The translations under genes were made by a program, and so were the position numbers. A stretch of 64,000 nt of DNA from contig NMRA01000019.1 of NCBI GenBank assembly GCA_002633005.1, positions 646,343 through 710,342 on the forward strand. The letters run 5' to 3'. The DNA comes from Phoronis australis. Its lineage: Eukaryota > Animalia > Phoronida. Of this stretch, positions 51,883 through 64,000 are shown one piece after another; within the stretch, counting starts at the first letter, position 1; every line of letters starts with the position of its first letter. The notes beneath the pieces were generated by a model that was not told the origin of the DNA, did not search any database, and was given only the letters and a program-made list of their open reading frames with translations.

Positions 51883-54800
51883 ATGGCCACTGGAGGTGAC
51901 GGACAGGATGACAGATCATCAGCACTGTTGTTGTCCTACAGAATCAAGGTCACCCAGGTCATCGATCCTCACAACTTCCACGCCCAGCTTGGTTACAGTA
52001 AGTATTGACATTTAATAGACATAAAGGAATGGAGAACTCACTTCACAATGATATTTAAGAGAAAGGATTTGCATTTTAAGTAGAATTATGGTTGGCGAAG
52101 CACATCTATAATAATTATGAGATGCTGCTAATTTAATCAGGCAAGATGAGAGCTTTGTGATTAATGACTGCAGACATTCAGTCTTAAGAATGACTGGTAA
52201 CGGATGCATACCCAATCTAAACACTCTGTAAAACATGCCCCAGCTGCTCGTGGTGTCAAACTACAACAAAGTACGGTTTAAATCTGAAAAGATGCTTGAT
52301 GATTTGTTTTTACTTGTTTGTGATGACTTGAATAGGAAAACAACACATGGTGTTTCAACTTGTGGAGATTAGTCATTTATCAAGCTTGCACTAAAGTGGC
52401 ATTACCATCTGGCACCAGCTCAATAGTGATACCCCACTAAGCGTGGATATTGACGACCCACAGCGTCTAGTATGTGTGTTTAGTAATTCCTGTTCAGTTT
52501 CAAAGTTATGCTGCGAAGATCACTGCCGGTTCAGGTGTTTCATGACAGTTGTGCTCACTCTCTAGTCGAAGACTTTGCCAAGTTCACGGAGTTTGAAGAT
52601 GCCATTAAGAAGTATTGTGAAGGGCAACCCATACTGTCAGTCTGTGAGTCACCACCTTACCTGAGAGATGTTATCTTTACCAAGCCTGAAACGGGGTCAT
52701 GGAGACGATCGGTTGTTGCTTCAGTGTTTGTGTTAGTATCAAACATTAGTAATTTTCCTCTGTCAGAAATATTTAATCAATTTCATCCTTTTAATCATTC
52801 ACACCAGTAGACTTAAAACTGGACACAAGTCCAAAAGTTTGAAAGAACTATTCGTTAATGGCTGTTGCTATTATAACATCAGTTTGAGACTACGTTACTA
52901 AGTGAACATTTGAAATCAACATTGAATAAGTGGTCTTATGTCGTTATATTGCTTCACTGGTCATTAACTAGAACTAACGGTGTACTACTGAATGGCAACA
53001 ATTGACTAAAGCAGTTGGTTAAACAACTTAGCAACTTGTTCAAAATGTTTTTACTACTATGTTACTGTTCTGTTCATTGTTTTAATGGTTGAAATCTTTT
53101 GTAACTCCTGGACAGCTCTCACTGATACTGTTCACAATCCTGGTGCCTTAGTTATCCACCATAGTTACTAAATTCAACAGCCAATGTCTTATTCGCATTT
53201 TTGTACGCCTTGTTTTCAGCGATGCTGGTGAAGTCGATGTTTTTCATATGGATTACGGTACAACAGAAATAGTCAGTCATGTCATCTCACCCATTCCGGA
53301 CATCTTCAGCTCTCCTGTGCCTAGGGCGGTACGCTGTAAATTGGCTGGAGTTGCTCCGGTATGTCACTGAGTGCTATTGGTTGTCTGGCTTGTCTATTCA
53401 CCTAATGAATCTATTTTAAGGTAACATCTCTATTTACCTGTGAATAAAGTTGTCCACCTTCATAAGCAAGCTATTTTATTAAATGTGGCGTGAATTTTGC
53501 TTTATGTCAAAAAACAAGTTTTGATTTGGGCCCTGTGAATGAAGTTGTCCAATTTCGTAAACAAGCTATTTTTTAAATGCGGCGTGAATTTTGCTTTATG
53601 TCAAAAAACAAGTTTTGACTTGTTCCCTGTGAATGAAGTTGTTCAATTTCATAAGCAGGCTATTTTATTAAAGTGGCATGAGGTTTGCTCTATATGAAAA
53701 ATTAAGTTTTGATTTGGGCCACATTATAAAATTGGCCTTGCCATACAAGTGCGCTCACTTTAGAAGTAATTTCTGAGCTTGGAAGAACTGACACAAAACT
53801 TCAGGTCACACATGAGGCGAAGTCATGCAGGACCGCTGACCGAGTTGCATGTTGAAGAGATAGGTTAACTGTGTAATCCTTAGTCATTTACAGTTTGTTG
53901 CCCGTTATTATGTGAAGTAAACTTGTTGAAATGCTGGTCCCCTGTAAGTGACTGTTACCGATGCTTTGTTGTGGAATTTGATCATTCAGTTGCAACCCCT
54001 GGCTAGCGATTTGTTGCTCCCACTGAAAAATCAATATGTTGGAATAAAGAGAGAAAGACCTATCTGAGAGATATTTGTCATCGGTCCAATTTTCAATAAT
54101 GATACATTATGCACCACTTTGTTCTTTGGCCGCTTTTAGGTGACTGAGGTCATGCATTCAGTATCATACAAACTATTGTAGATTTCCAAGTCGTGGATAA
54201 CGCGAGCTGTCACCAGTTTCCAAGGCCTCGTTAAAGACCGGCTGTTGTGTGCAGAGCTGCTTGCTGAGGACAACGGGGTCTACAGTGTGAATATTTACCT
54301 GGATCAGGGGATGACTGTCAGACAGACCATGGTTGATAATGGACTCGCGCAGGTGTGCTGTTGAACATATATTGGGCTCTAGTGCTCAGGGAAACAAAGT
54401 TGAATCAGACAATTTGTCTAAGTCTCACGATACAAGCTAATTTTCACACTTGCTTGAGAAATTGGTTTCGGTTCCTAAATTGGTATCAGTTCCTGTTCTT
54501 GAGGTGGGTTTATTTTGAAAGACCTGATAAGAGAGGTTTGACATTTTGTTTTGCCAAATTTTTTAATTGCTAGTGGTAAATGAAAACAAATAAAAACGTC
54601 TTTTTTCCCTATGACTAAATCCTGTTCCCTGAATTCAATGATATTTACAAGGTATTTCACTTTATCTAAAGTGACAATGAAAGCCATAATTGTGTATTCA
54701 TAACACATGTCGCGTATTCATAACTGATGCATTATATGTTTCTCAGCATTCATTCACATGCCAATAGCACAACCGGATTGTTGGTGTTTCTGTTAAACAT

Positions 54801-57800
54801 GGGCAAAAGATGATTATTGTATGAGAATAATATTGTTTCTTTTCCTAGCCTGTTGACCTGAAAGCCAATGAATCTACTGTTGTGGTGGATGAGTTTGACT
54901 TTGTCTGTCCACTCCAGCCCTTGAGTGGGTCTGGTGAAGGAAACCTCCATCCTTTGATCGTGAAAGAGTCAGCAAGTGCTGGTTACGACGGTGATCTTGG
55001 CAGACAGACCATGGAGGTCTTCAGTCCAAATGGTGAGTTGGGTAACCTACAGGAGACAGTTGGCCAATATTGGTCAAACTAAGTGCACTAACTCCCGGTT
55101 ATCTTAGTGATATGTTAAGTTTTAATGGCAACTCCTAATTCATTAAGTGGCACTACTGGTATTACCAGCGTATAAATATGTGTTTTACGGTAGTCACATG
55201 GCAACGTAAGTACACAAATCTTTATGTGCCGTATTGCCCCAATGCAAGAAATGACGAATAGTGACTGCACATCTGACCGTTTGCTTATAAGTGGTAAAAG
55301 TTTGTATCTGCCGTGGGTATCAGAGAATATTGACTAGAATATCAGTGTGAGCCGCTATTCTTTGTAGTTGTTTGAATAAACTTAGGATGCTAATAATTAT
55401 TGTGATGCAATGTTTTGTTGATTGTTGATGGGAAGAGACTGACAATGTTTTGTTGTTTGATGGTGAGAAGAGACTGACAATGTTTTGTTGATTGTTGATG
55501 GGAAGAGACTGATAATGTTTTGTTGGTCGTTGATGGGGGGAGATTGAAAATGTTTTGTTGGCTGATGGTGGGAAGAGACTGACAATTTTGTGTTGATTGT
55601 TGATGGGAAGAGACTGACAATGTTTTGTTGGTCATTGATGGGAAGAGACTGACAATGTTTTTTGGTTGTTGATGGAAAGAGACTGACAATGTTTTACAAT
55701 TTTTCTAAAATTGCATTCAGTTACAGTTTCTTGTTAGTGATCTCTTCCGAGTTATATAGTGCTTTATTGTTGTGGTTTCAGCAACTGTACCATCATCCCC
55801 CAGAGTGGAAGACAGTGATATTAGGGCTCTTCTGCCGGACACCTTCTTCAACCCCTTGTCAGCACAGCCTCAGAGGCAAACATCAGGTATGACTACCAGC
55901 TGGTGCAGTTTTCTTATTTGGTTGCACGTATATGTGATTTACGTGGAAGAAAAGCAGTAAATTTGATGATTGGTTTGATCAACAGTTGTTATGCACTGCA
56001 TATTTATTGTCATTATTACTGAAATGGCATTTAAGTATCCCCTTATAAACTGGACATTTCCCTTAATTGACAAAGTTAAGTCTGACTACTTAGCCTTACT
56101 GTACATAAGCCCCGAATCTTTGGCGTATGTTGTATTTCATTTTATTTAATAATTATGTTTTGTAATGTTTTATATTTTCCTAGAAGTGAATCTTGCTGAA
56201 GCATTGGAGTCTATAGGTCTGGATGTCAGTGAATTACCAGCAATCTTAGGTAAATATGAGAGAATGGCTGAGATTTCAGTTTGATCAAAAGAAAGCATAG
56301 GCTTTGATGTAAACAGGTGTCTCTGGTCTCGCAGTATTTATGAGTTATGGAAAGTCTTCCAGAAATTTATCTTTAAGTTGAGGCTTCTAAATGTCAGAAG
56401 TTTGCAATATTTGTTTATATTTATTTGTGTCAGTGCCTATCCATATGCATGTTCTGTGTCAAAATGGATTGCGTAAAGCCTCTGACAGCAGTGAAGCCTC
56501 GCAGTTATCTATTGTGTATGATACTCTATATTTTAGCATAAAGGCAGCTCTGTCGAATTTTGATATGAGTGTGCTAAGTGAACATCATCTATTTTAGGAA
56601 AGGTATACATCCTTTCAGCAAGTGACTTGCCTATCTAATTTCCTTCTTTGATGGGCACCTATGTCAGTATGGTCAAAACATCAAGATTTGTTTTCTTCTG
56701 GGGAACATTAGCTTGATTACAGTTGTCTGTTATCTCCCGGTTTTGTAGGCAGTGGCGACCCCTATCCAATGGGTGAGGAAGCTCACGAAAATGTCTCCAA
56801 AATTCAGAGTGAGATAGACCAGCTGAATAAAAGACACTACACTAAAGAGGAAGATCCTAGATTAGAAAAACTGAAAACAGGGTCACCAAAAAATCGCAGG
56901 TTTGTCCACTTGTCAGTCATCTTCAAAGATGAAGGTGACTTGTGTTGCTAAGATTTTTGTGAAATTGCACAAATAAGTATTCAAGTGTTACAAAGTGTCT
57001 GTTTACAAGTCATTTTTCAATCAGTAGGTGGTAACCTAATTTTCTGTGAAGTTGAATTAATTAGTTTGATATTACTATGTCGGTTGTATTGATATTACTG
57101 CGTCGGTTGTAAGGATTTCTCTCTTACAGAAATGTGTACTCTGAACTGGTTACTCAGCATTTAAAGACTGAACACAAAATAGCTGAGTATGTGTTTAAGG
57201 TGTCCTTTGCTCTTATGGCAGAATTGGGGCTAAATTATCAACAAGATAGAGTTGATAAAGTGGCCTTGTGAAATCACCACACTTCACAGCCATTATTTAA
57301 CATTTGGTAATATTTGTGCATTGAAGATTTCTTCAAGTATTCTAGGTTTAATATCAACATACTAAGTTAACGAGAACTAATAATCTCTTACAGTAATACC
57401 TCGTCTCCATCACGAAGCTCCCCTTTCCACCATCTAGAGTTTTCTCCCTTGTCAAGAACTATCAACCAATCATTCTCTCCATCAGGCAAGGGCAGCCTGA
57501 CTCCGGAAGGCTCCATGTCCCCTAACAGGCAGTCACCTGTGAGAAAGGGTGGGCAGCACAGTCAAGAAATTCCACGTGGAACTATAGGTAAACTTTTTAA
57601 TGTTTATTATGAAAAATAAAATGTGCAGAAATTAGAGTTAAGCCCAGAAAGCAGATAACAAATATTACCGTAGTCGTTCGGGTTAACGCCCATGCTCAGT
57701 TAACCGCCCACCCCCTACTTTAGGTGAATTTCGATTTAACCGCCCACTGCTCGGTTAACCGCCCCCCTGCTATTTTTGAAGATTTCCAATTAACCGCCCA

Positions 57801-60800
57801 CTGCTCGGTTAACCGCCCATCCCCTACTTTTGCCGATTGGTGATTACCGCCCTGTGCTAATAGGAAACGCGAATCCCCGACCTTTTAGATTAAGATCGAT
57901 GATAACATTGAGTGCAACGACGGCCTCAGAGACCGCGGTTTAGCAATGTGAATTATGATACCAGTAACAAATTATTGTAACGGGTCATCGATTAACTTCA
58001 AAATGTAATACTTGAACACTTTGTCACTTTCTTTTCTTCTCATGTTCGCAAACTTTAGGAACCGCGCTGGCGTCTACACCTCCACTTTCAGCCACAATCT
58101 CTGCCGCACTGAGTTATCGACTACAGTGCACTATATAAAAGATGCATTCGAAATAACCAGGTCAGAGAAATGTGACATTGCTTTTGCCAACCCTCTCAAT
58201 GCGCTTTAGGTTGTAAGCTCTCGGGATTTTGAAGAATTCCCATAAACCGCGAAAAGTTGATAAATTCTTTATATTTTGGTGAGTGTAATTGCCGGGTTAT
58301 CGAGATCCCCGTCTTTCGAGTACTCTCGTCACGGTAATTTCGTCGCATATAGTAAACCGGGGTTACTTACCCGAACAATTAAGGCTTCGTCTAAGAATTA
58401 TTTTTACCGAGAATAGATGGTTTCATTTGCTAACAAAAGCTGCGTCTCGCAGTCGAAACGAAAACCGCAACGACGGTTGTTCAAGGTCGACACTGGAATC
58501 GGCCGACTTCTTGTTTGCTAAGTCGACCAGTAAAAACGCGAGTGTAGACAGAAACTCGTGTTTGTGTTTTGCAATGTAACTTGGTGGCAATTTTTTGAAT
58601 GTAGAGTTTGTTAACAAAAAGTTTGTTATTGTATTTAGCCATTGAAAGGCCAGAGTACCGTACATGTCAACTCCACATACCGGCAACATAAACAGGCGAA
58701 TCGACAGTGCATGGCAGCTGAATAGTTGAACCCGATTTCGTGATTGATTATACATTTTTATGCTTTTTGACCATTCAGACCAGGAGTACATTCTGTTATC
58801 TCGAAATGATTTTGAACTGAAATTCGGAACTGCTGGTAGTCCTTGTCTACGTGACCGTCAGTTAAGTTGTTTATTATGGGAGTGCACTGATCACAGGAAA
58901 AATGGGTCAGCACGTGACCACAACTGGGTTAAAACGACAGCACAGCTACCGTCTGCTACGCAGGTGAACATGTTCAACGTCTGCGAAGTATAGTGAAATA
59001 ATGAGCATAATTCGCAATAATCGGTCTCACCTGAGGCGCCATATTATGTAGCAAACTTTCTATGCAAGCGTTCGGAGTTTGACCACACTCTACATTTTCG
59101 AAACTATTTGTTAATTAGAGTGCGCAGAGTACGCACTTGGTGGCGATAAAGTTCTTTTCAAAGTGTTAGGCGATCCCAGTATGTGGCTTAGTACGTGTGG
59201 TGACTCAGATCATAAGGTAAGATTAACCGCCCAGGGCGGTTGCCGGTCGTAATAAGCGCCCATGTTCAGTTAACCGCCCCCCCCCCGATTTCTTGAAATT
59301 TCACGTTTAAGCGCCCATGTCTGGTTAACCGCCCACCCCCGATTTTTTGGGTTCGCCAATTTAACCGCCCAGGGCGTTAACCCGAACGATTACGGTATGT
59401 GAACCGTATGATACAGGTGACAGAATGTGACCTGTGCTGTGCTTAGTATCACAATATTCCTCAGTCTGTCGTTCATTTTGGGAAACGGAAATGACACTTA
59501 ATCCAAAAATCTTTCTTTTTGTGATCATTAGCCTTAGAAATCTGATGATGGATGTATTTCTGTAAACTCCTACATTTGGTGACGATAAATATGTGCGATT
59601 TTGAACTGCTTTTGCAGCTGGTGCAGGAAGTCGAACCACTGAGGAACTAAAGCTGTCGTTCTGTCGTGATATCAATTTACTTGTGGACAATATGACTATA
59701 TCTTCCTTGTCTGATTGTATCCTACGTATAAAGCAGTTAATTTTTCCTGGTGAGTGAGTTTGTTTTTGTTATATTTGTTTTGTTGTTTTGAGTGTCAGTA
59801 ATATTCATATAAAACAGATTCTTATTTAATATGATTTAGTCTTATTAAAATGGCATGAGCGAGAAATTAAATTTCAGGCCCCAAAAATGTATATTTAATT
59901 AATATATGTTTGTGCTCCATGAAACAACTGGTCATTCTTTGTTCAGAGTGTTGCTACTGTTGTGGACAAATCAGAAAAAATGGCGGAATCTTCCAGCTTT
60001 TGCTGTAGAGCGAGGCCTTAATGTCTATATGGCCACACTTAGGTACATTCGTTCTATGGTCTTAAAGTATACTTCAATGTCTAATGTCTTGGTAAATTAA
60101 TCTCAATGCTTTCGTCACTCAACGCTAACTTGTGAAGTCTCGCGATAGTCCACTTGGTCAAGATTTTTCATGGAACATGAAAACAATGTAATTTGTAAAG
60201 AGCATTATAATCATCAAAGGTAAGATTTTGAAACACTGTTCACTGTCATACAGGTGGAAATTTCTCAACTAATAGCTAACAGTGAGCACTGTAAAAAGGA
60301 GTTGTCATTTCTCTATTGAAGAAACAGGCAGTCAGTTCAACACATCATCTGGAGTGAATGAGATGTCCTTAGTGTTGGAGTGTCTCACTGATAAAGCTGT
60401 GATGCAGATGGAGTTCCGTGACATGTACCAGAGGGTACTCCAACAGTTACAGGGTGAGTCATATATAGGGTGAGTTAAGGTTTGAGTGTCTGTGATGAAG
60501 CTATGATGCAGATGGAGTTGCTTGACTTGTGCCAGAGGGTACTCCAACAGTTACAGGGTGAGTCATATATAGGGTGAGTTAAGGTTTGAGTGTCTGTGAT
60601 GAAGCTGTGATGCAGATGGAGTTGCGTGACTTGTACTAGAGGGTACTCCAACAGTTACAGGGTGAGTCAGATGAGCCATCAAGCCACCTTGTTGAGCTTG
60701 GCTTATTGTAAATGTCAAGCTGTCAGTTCTTCTCAAGCCTAAAAACTTATGAGTAACGGAAACGGAGGTGAAATCTGTGGTATGAAGAACTTAAAAACTG

Positions 60801-63709
60801 CATTTGGCCGTGTATAGCTGTGTAAAAATCAAAATCAAATAAAAGTGGTCTCCTAATATTCCTTACTATTATAGGGTCTCATTTCCATTACCAACAAAAA
60901 TATTAGTAACTGAATAAAATGCAATAGAGTTTATTGGGGTTTCCAAATCTGCAATTGCAAATTGATATTAAATGGCATATGTACACATTGCTTGGGGCTT
61001 GAGTCAGTATCAGAAATTGAGTCTCATCATGGTGGGGAATATTACAAGACTCATTTTCTGAAAGTAAAGGACCTAACTGAATTTTGTTTTTAGCCAGCTT
61101 AATGGGTCAAACTTCAGCTTTAATGTAATTTGTAACATTCAATGGATGAAATAGTGAATAATTATATTCATACCCCGTGTTAATTGCTTTATTCTAGTTG
61201 TCTTCATGTCGAACCATCTCAAATCTTTGCTGCATTTAACATTATTTTTTATTAATGAATTTACAATTATTAAACAAATGGATCTATTTGAATTCTATAC
61301 CTTGTATAGTTTTTCATGGACATGTGTAGATCAGAACTTAACTGATTATCTTTTTTGCAGATTGTAGTAACTTTGCAGAGAATTTTGTCAAGGTTTTGAA
61401 GAAAGTGCAATCAAAATATGTCCAGGTTAGTCTCAAATGTAATAGTCTCAGTTCTGTCTCAGTGAAATTGGTTTCATGCTTCAAATCTCCTTAACATGTG
61501 TGAGTGAAAAGGAGGGAATATAGTGTGAATTTGTTTTATGCTCCTCATGGAAAGTAGTGTTCAGCTGTTATGAAGTTATCCTTGTGTAAAATATTTTTGA
61601 AAAACAATTTACAATATGCATGGCTTGTAACACAAACAGCTGAAAGTGCTCGCTTTGAAAATTTGCCTACTATTTCCAGTGATAGATGTTGTCAAATTTA
61701 TTCTTGAAAATTCATACCTATTTAGCATGACTTGTCACTGCAGGTTGGTCTGAGCAGCAAGTTGACATTGAGTGTTGCTGAACTATTGGGTAGCCTGTAT
61801 TTGTGGAGTGAAGACTGGCATCAGCCAACTCGTGATGCAGTGCAACAGCATGTCATGGCGGTATTGGATATCTGGGTCATCTTCAATAGGAGAGTAAGTG
61901 TGTGTGGACAAAGGGGTGCACTTATGACTATTTGTGTTGGTGGTTTTATAGGCGCTGTCAATTTTGGGGCTGTGCAGTTAGGTGCTGGTTTGTAAAAAAA
62001 ATAGCATACCAATCTCCTATTTTTCCGAATCGTCACACAAAAAGTCATGATCTGTGCTGTAGTTTCCTAAACATTCCACTGTTCACTTAATGTTCATTTA
62101 TAACTTAGTATATGACTATGGTTGTTTTATTACTGCCTGGTTTTGGAGAGTACTCACTTAACCAGTGATAAAAATGCAACGTGATTTGTTTATATGTCCT
62201 GGTAGGTTTTATTGGTACGTATTTCTGAGTTAACTTGTAAATGTGTGTGTCTTACCATGCAACATGTGATGACAGGCTGTGTATTGATTGTCGTGCCTAA
62301 TAATTGTGTTTTTTCAGCAACATCACCCTGACCCCGATGATTTACAAGCTTTGTATACAGATTGCCTGACCACTGTATTCACCATTGCCGGTAGTACCAT
62401 GTATAAGTACAAGAAGTTGGAAGTTGACGAGATGTTTGATGTGGAGCTCACCAACAAGCTCTGCTCCAGTAACTTGTCTGAGTAAGTATTATAAAATAGC
62501 TAGCATAAGCAAAACACTTAAAAAGTTGGCTGTATGTTAGGGCAGGCTCACTCGTTTACAGTGCTTTAACTTAATGCCTGTAAGAACTAAATTGTGTTTT
62601 GTTAACGTGGTTTCTATGGAGATGCTGAAATTTGGAGGTACTGAACAGTGCTCTCAGTAGATTGGACAATGTTGCGTTATTCAAAAATAGTTTGACGATA
62701 GTTTCTGCCTTGTGCTTAATATGTAAACTGGAAAAGTCCTGGATTTTGGGGTGAGTCTCGAAAAGTTGTAGGGTGTCATTTCAACGTAGAATGGTCCATT
62801 AACCTTGCAGAAAGTCATTCAATGTCTGGAACTGTGTCACTAGCTAATATTCTATTTCAGAAATATTGTGTTAAAACACTAGTCAGTACTATTCAGTACT
62901 ATTTGGTACAACGGTCATTTTCACATTTGCATCGTTCCGTCTTGGAAAGACACACACACGCTTGCCGCAGCATGTGACAAAAATTTTCTAGCATGATGGA
63001 AGTCGGCCGAAACACAATCACAGTACGAGACATCGCCAGTGCAGAATCTAACTTAAGCCCTGTGCGTGATGCGAAAAATGCTGCATGCTGATTACATTAG
63101 CTTGATAGAAAACTGGCCACATGCAGCCGTGTGCAGCTAACTTAGAAAGCTGGCCACATGTGACTTACTCTATAGTTCAGTTGACTTGTCCTCAGGTCTA
63201 ATAAGAAGAAGCTGCTTAATCTACTGACAATGAAACACTCCTGGGTCAATAACCAGGTCACATCTGCTCCAGTTGTACCGTCAAGTTCGTTTGATGACCC
63301 GCCTGCTCATCAAGAGGTTAATACTGAGGTGGTTGATATACAGGGAGAGGTAAATTTCTGTTATTGTCGGCGCTTACTGTCTGGTTGCATTACAAAGGCT
63401 GGTATTTGTAGTGGAAGCTTTGTCTAGGATAGGTTTGTTGACTTAAGGTGCTTGGCACTGTGTGTAGACTAACTTTTGAATTGTTTGATAAGTCCATTGA
63501 CATGTCTGGTCGTAGTTTTATGTTATTGTTGCATATAATTACATATTTTCTGTTGCTGTATTGTGGTTTTTCTTCGTTGACAGGATGTGGTTGTTGAGAG
63601 TGATGACGTGGATGACGGTGTGGAGGACGAGTATGTCAAGGTTAAGGCCATGCTGAGGGAGCTGAAAATGATGCACTTGTATGAGAAGTTTGAAGAAAAC
63701 TGCATCAGG
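51883..63709 (+). CDS. Extended-Tudor, MIF4G-like and probable SAM domain protein; at least 16 coding exons, at least 736 aa, 3' end beyond the window
   Basis: Exons 51883-51997, 52566-52725, 53220-53358, 54182-54352, 54849-55032, 55782-55886, 56184-56249, 56749-56899, 57394-57587, 59618-59749, 60322-60453, 61361-61425, 61744-61893, 62318-62481, 63196-63349, 63584-63709. All GT-AG, phase-consistent, no stops; in-frame TAA upstream of the ATG. Tudor: VTQVIDPHNFHAQ..WRRSVV..VFHMDYGTTE..AVRCKLAGVAP..W...A...F..LV..MVDNGLA. MIF4G-like: LECLTDKAVMQMEFRDMY, VAELLGSLY, DCLTTVFTIAG, KKLLNLLTMKHSW. SAM-like start: VKAMLRELKMMHLYEKFEENCI. Confidence 0.88.
53439..53720 (+). repeat. ~94-bp tandem repeat x3, intronic
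   Basis: ctgtgaat(a/g)aagttgt..aagctattt..ggcgtgaattttgctttatgtcaaaaaacaagttttga repeated at ~53439, 53532, 53627. Confidence 0.88.
55408..55695 (+). repeat. ~35-37-bp minisatellite x~8, intronic
   Basis: Unit caatgttttgttgattgttgatgggaagagactga. Confidence 0.92.
57668..59395. mobile_element. 1.73-kb non-autonomous Tc1/mariner-pogo-like DNA transposon, intronic
   Basis: TA|CCGTAGTCGTTCGGGTTAACGCCC ... GGGCGTTAACCCGAACGATTACGG|TA: 24-bp TIR with 1 mismatch and TA TSD. Arrays of TTAACCGCCC near both ends. No transposase ORF seen. Confidence 0.9.
60378..60669 (+). repeat. 104-bp tandem repeat x~2.8 that copies an exon 3' end and its donor
   Basis: gatgcagatggagtt...agagggtactccaacagttacagg|gtgagtca recurs, with donor positions after 60453, 60557 and 60661. 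Confidence 0.9.
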
Positions 63710-64000
63710 GTGCGTACATGGAGTATAGCTCAGTGAAAGTTTGTAACCCACATTTTAAGATTTATTTTCCTTTCAAAAACATGACTAATTACCCAGACCT
63801 GTGGTGCCCCCTCAGGGCAGACTGCACTTTACTTCCAGTTATGAGTTTGTGTCACATTGTGAGACAACTTAGAATAACTGGTTTTAGCTAAGGGTCATTC
63901 TGTCAAAACTCAGAAGGCTTTTTGTAACTTTGTGCGTTACTATTATTGGCGCAGTTCTTTGTTGTGTATTCTTAAAATGTTATGCAAGGCTCTATTTCTG

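Noticed and set aside
54140-54181. Alternative upstream acceptor for Tudor exon 4
   Set aside because: Gives an in-frame TAG; the acceptor before 54182 keeps the frame and the Tudor motif.
55390-55695. CRISPR-like periodic repeat and repetitive ORFs
   Set aside because: Head-to-tail minisatellite with no unique spacers, inside a eukaryotic intron, with no cas genes.
58012-58993. ORFs inside the TA-flanked transposon
   Set aside because: No HTH or DDE motifs; treated as non-autonomous filler.

Overview
AT-rich animal genomic DNA with spliceosomal introns, probably from a marine invertebrate (inferred from gene and transposon content). The ORF track is mostly noise, so I rebuilt the genes by hand from GT-AG sites and codon phase. 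Contents: (1) a decayed multi-exon OTU-protease plus PHD-finger gene (~6.3-9.2 kb) next to a Merlin transposase relic; (2) two intact tandem 10-exon heparanase (GH79) genes at 12061-21916 and 29275-39402, each 486 aa and about 92% identical, both lacking the vertebrate inhibitory linker, with copy 2 altered at several predicted sugar-binding residues; (3) an orphan 368-aa ORF on the minus strand; (4) a gene of at least 16 coding exons running off the right edge that combines extended-Tudor, MIF4G-like and probable SAM domains, a combination I do not recognise; (5) many TE relics (Helentron-type, Harbinger-like, Tc1/mariner-pogo-like, Penelope, CR1/L2, L1/Tx1, an 81-bp fold-back element) and minisatellites. 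All domain calls come from motif recognition by eye, not database searches.
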